Origin: Octopus sinensis
Taxonomy: Eukaryota
DNA: 64,000 nt
NCBI RefSeq assembly: GCF_006345805.1
Contig: NC_043009.1
Span: 37,510,001-37,574,000 of the forward strand
Reading direction: 5' to 3'
Both the position numbers and the translations under genes were made by a program. How positions within the stretch are numbered: the stretch's first letter is position 1; every line of letters starts with the position of its first letter. Below, piece by piece: positions 12,224-24,571 of this stretch. The notes beneath the pieces are model-generated. The model ran no database searches. It was not told where the DNA came from and saw only the letters and a list, made by a program, of their open reading frames with translations.

Positions 12224-12454
12224 TATTTCTTTATTGCCCACAAGGGGCTAAACATAGCGGGGACAAACAAGGACAGACAAACGGATTAAGTCGATTATAT
12301 CGACCCCAGTGCGTAACTGGTACTTATTTAATCGACCTCGAAAGGATGAAAGGCAAAGTCGCCCTCGGCGGAATTTGAACTCAGAATGTAGCGGCAGACG
12401 AAATACTGCTAAGCATTTCGCCCGGCGTGCTAACGTTTCTGCCAGCTCGCCGCC
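12224..12454 (-). mobile_element. tRNA-derived SINE (family A) with 16-bp TSD
   Basis: TSD ttatttatttgtttct at 12208-12223 and 12455-12470. Confidence 0.93.
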
Positions 12455-12817
12455 TTATTTATTTGTTTCTGTAGTCCCACTTGTTTTTCCATGTTGTTGG
12501 TGTCTCATGTTGTGCTTCCTGTTTACTCTCCTTTCTTTTCTTTAGTGGACTCTTTGGCGGTGAGTTCACGTCTTCTTTCCTGGACACTTCTCACATACTA
12601 GGTTCTTGCTTCGGCATTTTGCTCCTGCTCGTCGCCCTGCTGCTGTTGTTCTTTTTCACCTTTATCGTCGTTCTGGGGACACCTTGCTCTCATGTGTCTC
12701 CTTACGCCACATTGGTAACATGTTGGAGGTCTTGCCTCCACTACTACTCTCAATTTCACCTCCTCTAGTAGTATTACCTCCTCCGCTATCTTATGCAAGA
12801 TTGTAAACTGACTTGAA

Positions 12818-13216
12818 GGATCTTTTCGGTTTTAACGGCAATTCTTTCTTGCGGTGTCATATGAAATTGTCACCCATAATTATGACCCTAGAATCGATCT
12901 ATTGCATTTCAATCTGTTTTAGGGTTAGGGTTAGGGGTGAGGGAAGGGTATATTTTTTTCTTCACAAATGTAAATAAACCCAATCTGTTTCTTAAACGAG
13001 GGACATATTCATACGGCACAGAATGCTTTTTAACTCAATAGACGTCACTGATTGGTTGAAGAAAAAACACAACAAATATCTTACAAACTATAGAATTTTC
13101 TCAATAAAGACAAGAGAAAAATATGTTTTATAAACACATTCTACCAGTATACGAAGTTTAAAATTTTTTAGTTACCTAGAAATTGTTAAAAACTGTCGTT
13201 CAAATCGAAAAGATCC
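12818..13216. mobile_element. Merlin-type MITE (TIR starting GG, 8-bp TSD) with internal TTAGGG repeats
   Basis: TIR GGATCTTTTCG.TTT.AACG.CA at both ends; TSD gacttgaa / gacttgga; inserted in ORF1. Confidence 0.8.
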
Positions 13217-14082
13217 GACTTGGATGACCACTTCGAGGTCTTAGCCCCATCAGTTTACCTCTTTCTTCTTCGTCACTTTCAACACCTTCACATCCTCCTC
13301 CATATTATACAGGATGGCTGCCACCAGCCATGCCTCCTCAATCTCTGGGGGCACTCTGCCAATCCTTACCCTGGCCACTCGTTTGCAACAGTAAGTCGGC
13401 AGAAGTACCCACTCTGGTATCCTTAGCACCACAGTGGAGTGGTTTATCGCTTCTTGCTCACTAGAGTATTTCCACCCTCTCGTGTAAAATATTGTAAGGC
13501 TTTTTACCTCCTTTAAACATTCCTCTATAGCCTCTACCCTGGCTATTTCTACTTTTTTTTCGATGTCGTGGACAGCGTTCTATACACCACTGTCCGCTTC
13601 ATCACTCTCGCTGTTAAATTTTCTAGCGGTGTCAACCTCAAACTGGTTCCATCTTTCTCTATGAGTCTGTTGAATACCTTCAACTTCCTCTGCTCCATCT
13701 TTATCTCTCGTACCAACAACACATCAGCTGTCAAACTTCTTCCAGTGGCTGAAGCATCGCTGCCGGCTGGAACTGGCTTACACTCCATCCTCTGCTTCTT
13801 GTCTGCTTCACCCATGAATGGGGAAGAAAACAATCGTAATTTCATAGACAAAAATAGCAACAACAATTCAACAGTTTAATAATGATACTCAACAAGTAAG
13901 TTCACCCTTACGAGAGACCTTCAACAAGTATATAACAATTTAACTCACAGGGATCAAAAATGATTAAAAAGACACCAAAAATAGCTCGCATGAAGCATAC
14001 TGGAATGATGTAAACACAAGTTAAGACAATAACATATGAAAAATATTATTTATTTCAAATATTTATATACATTATATATTAC

Positions 14083-14121
<39 letters not shown>

Positions 14122-14726
14122 CCATTTAACATCCGTTTTCCATACTGGTATGTGTTCAACCATATATCATATATATATATTATATATATTTACAGATATA
14201 AACAAGAAATAGGAAACAAATGCAGAAAAATAAAAAAATAAAATATATAAAACTGCTCTATATTTCTTCTTTCTTTCCTTCCCTACATTCAATCAGGCAA
14301 ATTATCTTTTCTGATATATTCTATGTCCATTTTCAGTAAATGAATCCTTTTGAATAAAAAAAAAAAAATGAAGGTTATAGTTTTTTTCATCTTTCTTACA
14401 ACATACCAAAATTTATCTCCAGCTGACTTATCTTCAGTTCAGTACATAATTAATGAAAAAAAAAAAGAGAGATTTTTTTTATATATCATATTTATCTCTT
14501 TTCTTGCTTCAACCATTGGACTGCAGTCATGCTGGAGCATTGCCTTACAGGGTTTAGTCAAACAAATTGACCCCAGTACATTTTTAAGTGTAGTACTTTT
14601 TCTATAGATTTCTTCTGGTAATCTACTAAGTTTCTAGGATGTAAACAAACCAAAACTGGTTGTCAAGTGGTGGGAGAACAAACACAAAGACACAAACACA
14701 GACACACACATAATTATATATATATA

Positions 14727-15030
14727 TATTGGCACGTAAAAAGCACCATCCATTCGTGGCCGTTGCCAGCCTTGCCTGGCCCCCGTGCCGGTGGCACGTA
14801 AAAAGCACCATCCAATCGTGGCCGTTTGCCAGACTCATCTGGCACCTGTGCCGGTGGCAAGTAAAAAGCACCCACTACACTCACAGAGTGGTTGGCGTTA
14901 GGAAGGGAATCCAGCCGTAGAAACATTGCCAGATCAAGATTGGAGCCTGGTGCAGCCATCTGGCTTCCCAGACCCCACTTGAACCGTCCAACCCATGCTA
15001 GCATGGAAAGCGGACGCTAAACGATGATGA

Positions 15031-15033
<3 letters not shown>
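14727..15033 (+). mobile_element. RTE 3'UTR/tail copy with three 62-bp units and a (GAT)n tail
   Basis: Matches the 3' end of the RTE at 27130-27345. Confidence 0.9.
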
Positions 15034-15064
<31 letters not shown>

Positions 15065-15897
15065 TATGGGCTTCCACACAATTTCTGTCTACCAAATTCA
15101 CTTACAATACATTTGTTGGCCCAAGGCTATAGTAGACACTTGCCTAAGGTGCTATCTAATGGGAATGAATCTGAAACCATGTGGTCACAAAACAAGTTTC
15201 TTAACTACACAGCTATGTTTAATATATTTGTATGAAAAGATATGAAGTGAATTCACACATGGAAAAAAAAAAAAAATGTATAATTTCAAACAATTTCTCT
15301 ATGATATTCTTGGTAACTCATTGGCAAAAAAAATATTTTGGAAAATGTCAATTCCCACAGCCATATGATCCCAAATTATTTCCTGGGATAAAAGAAATAA
15401 ATTTAAAAAATATTGATATAAAATAATTAAAAAATCAAAAGGGTTCAATTAGAATTGGTATTTTGTGAATATTTAAGGTCCCCACAATTTATCAGTTAAT
15501 AATAAATACATTTTACAAGAAATAAAATCACTTCAGACATAAATAAAAATAACAAAAAAAAAAACAAGACCCTTTCGTATAGTGAATTTCAATTAATTTC
15601 TAGGACTGCACTTGCAATTTAAAACTTGAATGGTTGATCAGAATATCAGTTTTGTAAAGTAGTAGAAAATCTAAAGCAGAAGTGTATATTCTAAATTCAA
15701 TATATAGGATTGGTAAACTCAGAGTATTGCATAAAATATGTTGCACTTTTACATTCAGTTCTCTTCCCAACCATGGGATTTGGGATTCAGTCTCACTGCA
15801 TGGCACCTTGAGTGGGTGTCTTCTACAGTCGCCTCAGTCTAAGGTCTTGTGAGAGTGCTTCATAAATGGAAACTGAAAGAAGCTCATTTATGGTATA

Positions 15898-16108
15898 CGA
15901 GGGGTGCTGAAAAGTTCCTGGCTTTGGATAAAAGAAACTACAGGAGGATAAGTTAATTATAATATTATACAACATATTCACTTCTAAGATTCACACACTT
16001 AATACAGCAGCCCTTCAGTTTGTCTAAGCCTTGAAAATGAACTCAGAAGGTGGGCCTCCAACCAAGCTTTTCATAATACTCAAAGTCATGGGCTTTTCAG
16101 CACCCTCA
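15898..16108. mobile_element. Mariner-type MITE, TA TSD
   Basis: TA-CGAGGGGTGCTGAAAAG ... CTTTTCAGCACCCTCA-TA. Confidence 0.8.
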
Positions 16109-16185
16109 TATATATATATAGGTGGAATTACAAAGGAAAACAAAAGAGAGAACACTTATTTATATATATATATACACATATATAT

Positions 16186-16532
16186 GTGGCTGTGTGGTAA
16201 GTAGCTTGTTTACCAACCACATGGTTCCGGGTTCAGTCCCACTGAGTGGCAACTTGGGCAAGTGTCTTCTACTATAGCCTCGGGCCGACCAATGCCTTGT
16301 GAGTGGATTTGGTAGACGGAAACTGAAAGAAGGTCGTCGTATATATGTATAAATATATATATATATATGCATGTGTGTTTGTGTGTCTGTGTTTGTCCCC
16401 CTAGCATTGCTTGACGACCGATGCTGGTGTGTTTATGTCCCCATTACTTAGCGGTTCAGCAAAACAGACCGATAGAATAAGTACTGGACTTACAAAAGAA
16501 TAAGTCCCAGGGTCGAGTTGCTTGATTAAAGA
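16186..16532 (+). mobile_element. tRNA-derived SINE (family B)
   Basis: GTGGCTGTGTGGTAAG head, GGGTTCAGTCCC B-box, CTTGGGCAAGTGTCTT block. Near-identical copies at 34019 and 43505. Confidence 0.9.
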
Positions 16533-16855
16533 TACACATATATACTTCTTCATTCTTGACAGCATATTCTTGGTCACAGTATATATAGCAAGTCAGAATC
16601 TTTTGAGCCTAATATAGCACTAAACAATATCGATGAGCCTTCTGATATGTTGACTGGAAGCACATAGCCACTTTTATAATATGGATGAATATGCAGTAAT
16701 GGTTAACTTCTTGGTGATAACAAGTGGAATGAAGGAAAAGAAGAGTTGCCTCCCATGAGACGTCATAAGATCAAATCTCTGTCTCGTAAATGTATATATA
16801 ATTTTTTTTCAGTAATGAGATAAGAAACCAAGGCAGTGTAGATTTTAGAACATTT

Positions 16856-16859
<4 letters not shown>

Positions 16860-16906
<47 letters not shown>

Positions 16907-17078
16907 CATACACATATTATATATACTTCTTTGTTCTTGACAGTATATTCCATGTCACAGTATATATAGCCAATCAGAAAGTTTCGAGCCTACGATTGCA
17001 CTGAGGGAAAGGAGAGTTGCCTCCCATGATACAACGTCAGAAGATCAGGTCTTTTTTTCAGTCGTATATAAATGTATC

Positions 17079-17120
<42 letters not shown>

Positions 17121-17345
17121 TATATAATATATATATACACACATACACACACATATACATACATATATTATACACATACACATATATATATTATATGCAT
17201 ATACATATATATATATATATAAACAGATACATACACATACATGTATATATACATATATATATATACACACACATATTCAAACATATATACATACAAATAT
17301 ATATATACACACACATATTCAAACATATATACATACATATACATA
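16860..17345. repeat. Compound (TA)n/(CA)n microsatellite region
   Basis: Visible. Confidence 0.9.
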
Positions 17346-17389
17346 TTCTTCCATGGATATGAGTAAGTATCTCATTTATTTCTTTACCA

Positions 17390-17450
17390 CATTTATCACT
17401 GACGAGGGGGGGGTGTTCTTACGAACTAACCCTGAAATCGGTCCGGAATG
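17390..17450 (+). ncRNA. Minimal hammerhead-ribozyme-like motif
   Basis: CTGACGA (17399-17405), stem II gg..gttc/ttac/gaac..ccct, GAAA (17434-37), TCGG-TC. Helix I is weak. Confidence 0.35.
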
Positions 17451-17907
17451 GAATCTTTTAGAAATTTCTGTTGGCTTTTTTTCGAGTAGCGTGCGTATTG
17501 TGAAAAATTATATGGTAATGGACAATTTTCGGCATATTTAGCATTAGAAATTTTTTCATTTGCCCTTATTTATAAGTTGTTTATAATTTTAACCTTTAAA
17601 GGTATTTTAATATGCTGGCCATTGATAACATTTTTTTTCGAAAAAAAATTATCCTACATTAAATATATATACATATATATATACACACACATGTATAAAC
17701 TTATACATATAGTGACAATTTAAAAAAAAAAAAAAAAAAAAATATGATTCAGTCATTTGAGTGCAGTCATGGGGGAGCACCACCTTTAGTTGAGCAACTC
17801 AACCCAAGGACTTATTCTTTGTAAGCCTAGTAATTATCCTATTGGTCTCTTTCGCTGAACTGCTAAGTTATGGGGACGTAAACACACCAACATCAATTGT
17901 CAAACAT

Positions 17908-17939
<32 letters not shown>

Positions 17940-19116
17940 CACATACATACATGTGCGTATATATATACACACACACATATCTATATATACACATATACAT
18001 ATATATATATATATACACAAAATGCACCCACTATAGTGGTTGGCGTTAGGAAGGGCATCCAGCTTTAGAAACACTGCCAGATCAGACTGGGCTTGGTGCA
18101 GCCTCCTGGCTTCCCAGACCCCAGTCGAACTGACCAATCCATACTAGCATGGAAAGCGGACGTTAAACGATGATGATGATATATATATATATATATATAT
18201 ACGTATATATATACACATATACATACATATATATATACACATATACATACATACATATATATATATATACACACACATACATACATACATATACACACAA
18301 ATACATACATATATATACACACACACACATACACACCACATATATACACACATAAGCTCCAGCCTTATGTATGGCAGGAGCATGTGAGAGAAAACCATAG
18401 CTAAGAGCAAAGAATGAATACTCAGAGAGTAGTTTAAGCAAAATAACAATTGTATGACAAGAACGGTTACTGCTGTACCAAGTTTAGTGTAATGGCTTAA
18501 AAAATAACAGGAGGTAAAAACCAAAGAGAACATGCTATAGCATTCTAACGTTCCTTAGTAGTATGAATCTTGTTTGGTACAGCTGGACAAAGAAACATCG
18601 TCAGAAGGTAACCCTAAATAGTAATGACTGGTCAGTGACTAGTGATGAGGACAATGTTCTGAAGTGCACACTATACGTAAAATAGTATGTTTTCTCATAT
18701 GTAGGGAAACTGGGGTTATATAGCAGAACAAAGCTTTCTGGATCAAATTTTTGGCTGGCAATACACATACACTGAAAAGTGCAATTCACTTCAAACTTTG
18801 AGCCCTTTGAGTCGTGACACCAGTTTACCAGTGGCTGGTTTATTTTTCTCTATACCATAGTAGCGCTCTACCGGTGGAGTGCATCTGCACTAAAGTACAA
18901 TTTATTTTTATTTAATCAGAATGCTCACTGCCTTTCTGAGTTGAATGTGGCTTATTTTGATGTTGGTTCAGGTCAGGGCACAAAGGGTTAATGACTAACT
19001 GAATAAAGCCTTGGTTTAGTTATGTAATTCCATTTTCTCTACATATAACAAAAGTATCAGACTCCACACTTTTAAGACATTATATACACACATCATCTAT
19101 ATGTATGTATGTGTAT

Positions 19117-19362
19117 GTGGATGTGCGTGGCTTAGTGGTTAGGGTGTCAGCATCATGATCGTGAGATTGAGGTTTCGATTCCTGGACTGGGCGACGCGTT
19201 GTGTTCTTGAGCAAAACACTTTATTTCACGTTGCTCCAGTCCACTCAGCTGGCAAAAATGAGTAACGCTGCGATGGACTGGCACCCCGTCCAGCCGGGGA
19301 ACACATTTGCCATTGAAACCGGGAAACTGGGCCCATGAGCCTGGCTAGGCTTTAAAAGGGTG
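19117..19362 (+). mobile_element. tRNA-derived SINE (family C)
   Basis: GTGGCTTAGTGGTTAGG A-box, GGTTTCGATTCC B-box, GCGATGGACTGGC..CCCGTCCAG block. Confidence 0.75.
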
Positions 19363-19596
19363 AGAAAAAAAAATTATATACACACACACACATCATGGCT
19401 ATGTAGTTAAGAGGTTTACTATGCAGCCATATGGTTTTTTTTGTTCAATTCATCTGCACAGCACCTATAACCAACTAAAGCCATGTGAATGAATTTGGTA
19501 GGTAGGAACAGAAAATAATTACACACATATACATATATACAGACAAGCAGACACATACATATATACATAGAAATAGAAAGTATGTGTGTATGCATG

Positions 19597-19645
<49 letters not shown>

Positions 19646-19883
19646 TTGTTTCTGTCCCCTTGACAGTATGCACTAGTTGTAAACAAACAACACCATGATA
19701 CAAGAGGTACTGTTTGTTTGCAGTCTCCCTGGAATACAAAGTATTACCTTACTTGCAAACAGATGAAGGTTGGCGACAGGGAGTGCATCCAGCCACCATA
19801 GAAAATCAGCTTCAGGAAATCCTATTTGGAAGGCAGACATTTAAATGATGATAATAATTTTACACACACACACATTCATGGTA

Positions 19884-19919
<36 letters not shown>

Positions 19920-20573
19920 ATGATATATTCTGTAGAATTGCAACATGGACCTTGTTTTTGATATTGCAATCTCCAAATGAAGGACAGCAAAAACCAGGAT
20001 TTGGATGTCATAATCCTCAAACCTATTGCCTCCGAAAATAATGCCGCAAGATTGCCCCACGAATCTGGATATTCTTTATAAAACGTACTTCATTAATGGC
20101 TTCCCTAAATCCATCCAAAATTTTATCAGTTTCAACGCGGGTGGAATGGAACTTTTTCAAAAATGCATAGGTAGGAGGCTTTTGATCATCGCTGTACTTC
20201 TTAGCATGTTTGTGCTCCTTTGTACCACCATCACCACCACCATCACCCCCACCACTATCATTCGTTTTTGATGTTGAATGAGTGATGGCGGTACTGTTGT
20301 GAGTGTTAATACTGTCTTTGTTGCTAATTTTGCTACAACTGCTGTTGCTATTCCTATAATCAATGCTGTTTCTGTCATTGGTATCGTTACTGATGTTGTT
20401 GTTGTTGTTGAGGGCAGTGGTGCTATTTTTACTGCAATTGGTGTTATCAATATCTTTGTTCTTAGAGTCTGGATTTGGATTTTTACTTTCATGACAGTTG
20501 TTGCTATTTCCAAAGCTATTAGTGTTGTTGCTACTGTTGCTATTTTCATTGATTTTCTTATTATAATTATCCT

Positions 20574-21720
20574 TCTTGTTGCTGCTGTTATCATTACCCT
20601 TCTTGCTGCTGCTGTTGTCATTACTCTTCTTGCTACTGTCGTTGTCATTACTCTTCTTGCTGCTGTTGTTATCATTACCCTTCTTGTTGCTGCTGTTGTC
20701 ATTACCCTTCTTGTTGCTGCTGTTGTCATTACTCTTCTTGTTGCTGCTGTTGTCATTACTCTTCTTGTTGCTGTCGTTGTCATTACTCTTCTTGTTGCTG
20801 TCGTTGTCATTACTCTTCTTGCTGCTGTTGTTATCATTACTCTTCTTGCTGCTGTCGTTGTCATTACTCTTCTTGCTGCTGTTGTTATCATTACTCTTCT
20901 TGCTGCTGTCGTTGTCATTACTCTTCTTGCTGCTGTTGTTATCATTACCCTTCTTGTTGCTGCTGTTGTCATTACCCTTCTTGTTGCTGCTGTTGTCATT
21001 ACTCTTCTTGTTGCTGCTGTTGTCATTACTCTTCTTGTTGCTGCTGTTGTCATTACCCTTCTTGTTGCTGCTGTTGTCATTACTCTTCTTGTTGCTGCTG
21101 TTGTCATTACTCTTCTTGTTGCTGTCGTTGTCATTACTCTTCTTGTTGCTGCTGTTGTCATTACTCTTCTTGTTGCTGCTGTTGTCATTACTCTTCTTGT
21201 TGCTGCTGTTACCATTACTCTTCTTGTTGCTGTCGTTGTCATTACTCTTCTTGTTGCTGTTGTCATTACCCTTCTTGCTGCTGTCGTTGTCATTACTCTT
21301 CTTGTTGCTGCTGTTGTCATTACTCTTCTTGCTGCTGCTGTTGTCATTACTCTTCTTGCTGCTGTTGTTGTCATTACCCTTCTTGTTGCTGCTGTTGTCA
21401 TTACCCTTCTTGTTGCTGCTGTTGTTGCCATTACCCTTCTTGCTGCTGTTGTTGTTATTATTCTTTTTGCTGTTGCTGCTGCTACCATTCTTACTGCTAC
21501 AGCTGGTGTTGTTGTTACTGTTCTTACTGCTGGCACTGTTATTCTTACTGTTCTTACTGCTGGTGCTGTTATTATTGTTACTGTTCTTACTGCTGCTGTT
21601 GTTATTGTTACTGTTCTTACTGCTGTTGTTGTTATTGTTACTGTTCTTACTTCTGCTGTTATTATTGTCACTGTTCTTACTGCTGCTGTTGTTATTATTA
21701 CTGTTCTTACTGCTGGTGCT
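20574..21720. repeat. 27/30-bp triplet-register minisatellite
   Basis: Unit cttgttgctgctgttgtcattactctt to ~21440, then a 30-bp gttattgttactgttcttactgctgctgtt unit. Confidence 0.95.
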
Positions 21721-22906
21721 GTTGTGGTTATTATTATTATTATTATTATTATGATTATTATTATGATTATTATTAGTGGCAGTACTATTAACTCCAACTG
21801 TTACAGTTGTTGCTACTGATTTACTGATTGCTGTTGTTGCACTTGATATCATCTTCTTTGCAGCTGCTGCACTCAGTGTCGTAGCTCGTTTTTTGTTATT
21901 TTTTGTCATTATTCTTGCTGTTGTTGTTGCTAATATTTATTGTGTTGTTGCTACAGTTGTCGTCATGAACAAATACTGATGCAGAGCACTGTTTGTTGTT
22001 GTCAATGAAAATCCTGTTGCTTTCGTAGCACCAACATAGCTGCAAAATTAAACAAAACTCCAATTTTAAAAAAATTACTCTATTGCAAACATATACAACG
22101 ACAACAAAAAGCCTCTATGAGAAAACTTAACCTGCTAGAATTAGCAGCCAAATCTCAAACCCTACTCCTTTGCCATCAAAAACAAAAGATGCTTAAGATA
22201 CTTCTAGATACATTATGTCTGAATAAAAGATATGACAATTATGGATTCTCATGGATTCTCTCCATCTTCTAGCTCTTGGATGTCTTTAATGGGGTTAACC
22301 TTGATGAAAGCATTCATGCCAGGTCTCCCTCCCTTCTTCCCAATTGATATCCCTTGAAAACTGGTCATAGGTATTGTTCTTCCTCAGTACCCACATCACT
22401 ACCATCTTATCATCATGCCGGCCACTTTCAACCACCCTTATATAAGGCAGGGTAGCTGTGTATCTTCACTATAGCAAGACACCTATTCTTGTCCCTCGGT
22501 CATACTTTCACTCTCCTAACACCTGACATAAAGCCAACTTTCCCCCTTCTCAAAAACTAACCCAGTCACCTACCTCGCCACAGAGTTGAAGGGACTTTTT
22601 CCTTTTCTTGTTTTTTTTTTTCCTGTCTTGCAAGTTATTTGGCAACCTCACAAGTGTCAGCAGCATGAATAAAGCATCCAGTACCCTCTGAGAAATGGCT
22701 GACATTAGGAAGGACATCTAAACTCAGAAACTATGCCATAGCTAATGGTGGAGTATAGATGCAGTCCTGCGACTCGTCAGATCCTATCAATCCATCCAAC
22801 ATGAGCCAGCATCGAAAATAGATGTTGTATGATGATGATGATGATGAAATATAAAGGAAATACTTCATTTTGCATGAAAAAGTGAAATTTTTTGTATTTC
22901 CTCAGT

Positions 22907-23830
22907 GGTAAGCAAAAGAATGTTTGCTTCTGAACCATATGGCTTCAGGTTCAATCCAAAGAAGTTTGCTTCTGAACCATATGGCTTCAGGTTCAATCCA
23001 AAGAAGTTTGCTTCTGAACCATATGGCTTCAGGTTCAATCCAAGGAAGTTTGCTTCTGAACCATATGGCTTCAGGTTCAATCCAAGGAAGTTTGCTTCTG
23101 AACCATATGGCTTCAGGTTCAATCCAAAGAAGTTTGCTTCTGAACCATATGGCTTCAGGTTCAATCCAAAGAAGTTTGCTTCTGAACCATATGGCTTCAG
23201 GTTCAATCCAAGGAAGTTTGCTTCTGAACCATATGGCTTCAGGTTCAATCCAAAGAAGTTTGCTTCTGAACCATATGGCCTCAGGTTCAATCCAAGGAAG
23301 TTTGCTTCTGAACCATATGGCTTCAGGTTCAATCCAAAGAAGTTTGCTTCTGAACCATATGGCTTCAGGTTCAATCCAAAGAAGTTTGCTTCTGAACCAT
23401 ATGGCTTCAGGTTCAATCCAAAGAAGTTTGCTTCTGAACCATATGGCTTCAGGTTCAATCCAAGAAGTTTGCTTCTGAACATATGGCTTCAGGTTCAATC
23501 AAAGAAGTTTGCTTCTGAACCATATGGCTTCAGGTTCAATCAAAGAAGTTTGCTTCTGAACATATGGCTTCAGGTTCAATCCAAAGAAGTTTGCTTCTGA
23601 ACCATATGGCTTCAGGTTCAATCCAAAGAAGTTTGCTTCTGAACCATATGGCTTCAGGTTCAATCCAAAGAAGTTTGCTTCTGAACCATATGGCTTCAGG
23701 TTCAATCCAAGAAAGTTTGCTTCTGAACCATATGGCTTCAAGTTCAATCCAATGCATAGTGCCTTGGGCAAATGTATTCTACTATAAACACAAACTAACC
23801 CATGCCATGTGAGTGAATCTTACAAATGGA
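22907..23830 (+). mobile_element. Family-B SINE whose head segment is amplified into a tandem array
   Basis: Starts cagtggtaag, carries the array, then resumes the SINE body gccttgggcaaatgtattctactat.. Confidence 0.8.
22922..23751 (+). repeat. ~20 x 42-bp minisatellite, each unit with B-box GGTTCAATCC
   Basis: Unit aagaagtttgcttctgaaccatatggcttcaggttcaatcca, period 42. Confidence 0.97.
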
Positions 23831-24571
23831 AACTGTACATTTCCATAAATAGAAATTCTGAGAGAGAGGTGGGGGGAATATGTGCTGTGTTGGTCCCCAT
23901 AATTTAGCAGTACAGCAAAAAATCTGATCAACAGAATCAGTACCAAACTTACATTAGTTTGATCATCTAAACCAGGGAGGATCAGAAAAGTAGTCGATAT
24001 CGATGCATGGGGGGAGGTCGATGTGCCCACCTAAGATGTTGACAAACACTTGAAATTTTGAGCATTAAGAATTAGCAATTTGAATCTGGAAGAGTGCGGT
24101 AATTTTATTTTTTATTGTTTAAACTGGCTGTTTCGAGCCCAAATATTCTACTTGTTTTATATTGAAACTGGCTAGATCTGGCCTCTCAAACATACCCTAC
24201 AATGTCATTCTAAAAATGAACAATCACATCACTGAAATCACCAAGCTGCAAGATAATGCATGATTAATTGAAAATAATATGAATAAAAAAAGCATTACAT
24301 TTGGCAGAAAGAGTCAAAAAGATGGGGTAGCAAAGAAGTATATCAGGTAGATAAAAGGGAAGCTAGACGATAGGTTTATCTAGTTAGGGCAAAAGCAGAA
24401 AGGAAGAGGTTTGTTAATGTCAATAGTGAAAAGATATTATCTATAATAACCACATAGAAATTAATTAAATATCTTATAATTATTACTCTAAAAATCTCAT
24501 AATAAATCAAACATTAAATTGACTACACGCGTTTCATGACTAAATATATAAATCGATAATGTAGCAGGGAA

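Larger units (their letters stand above)
11440..13965 (-). mobile_element. Second Tx1/L1-type element containing ORF1 only (HAL1-like), interrupted by two SINEs and a MITE
   Basis: ORF1 pieces ..RVARVRIGRVPPEIEEAWLVAAI.. and VEARPPTCYQCGVRRHMRARC. After the stop come an A-rich tract and a 3'UTR ending AATAAAGGAAAT. No APE or RT sequence seen. Confidence 0.65.

Noticed and set aside
12922-12940. TTAGGG repeats as a telomere remnant
   Set aside because: Only ~3 units, and they lie inside a MITE.
18583-18607. Possible 25-nt plus-strand micro-exon (LDKETSSE)
   Set aside because: No supporting gene model on the plus strand.
22865-23812. Long repetitive ORFs, and the array as CRISPR-like or a repeat protein
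   Set aside because: Contiguous 42-bp units with no spacers, derived from a SINE head. Unit length divisible by 3 explains the open frames.
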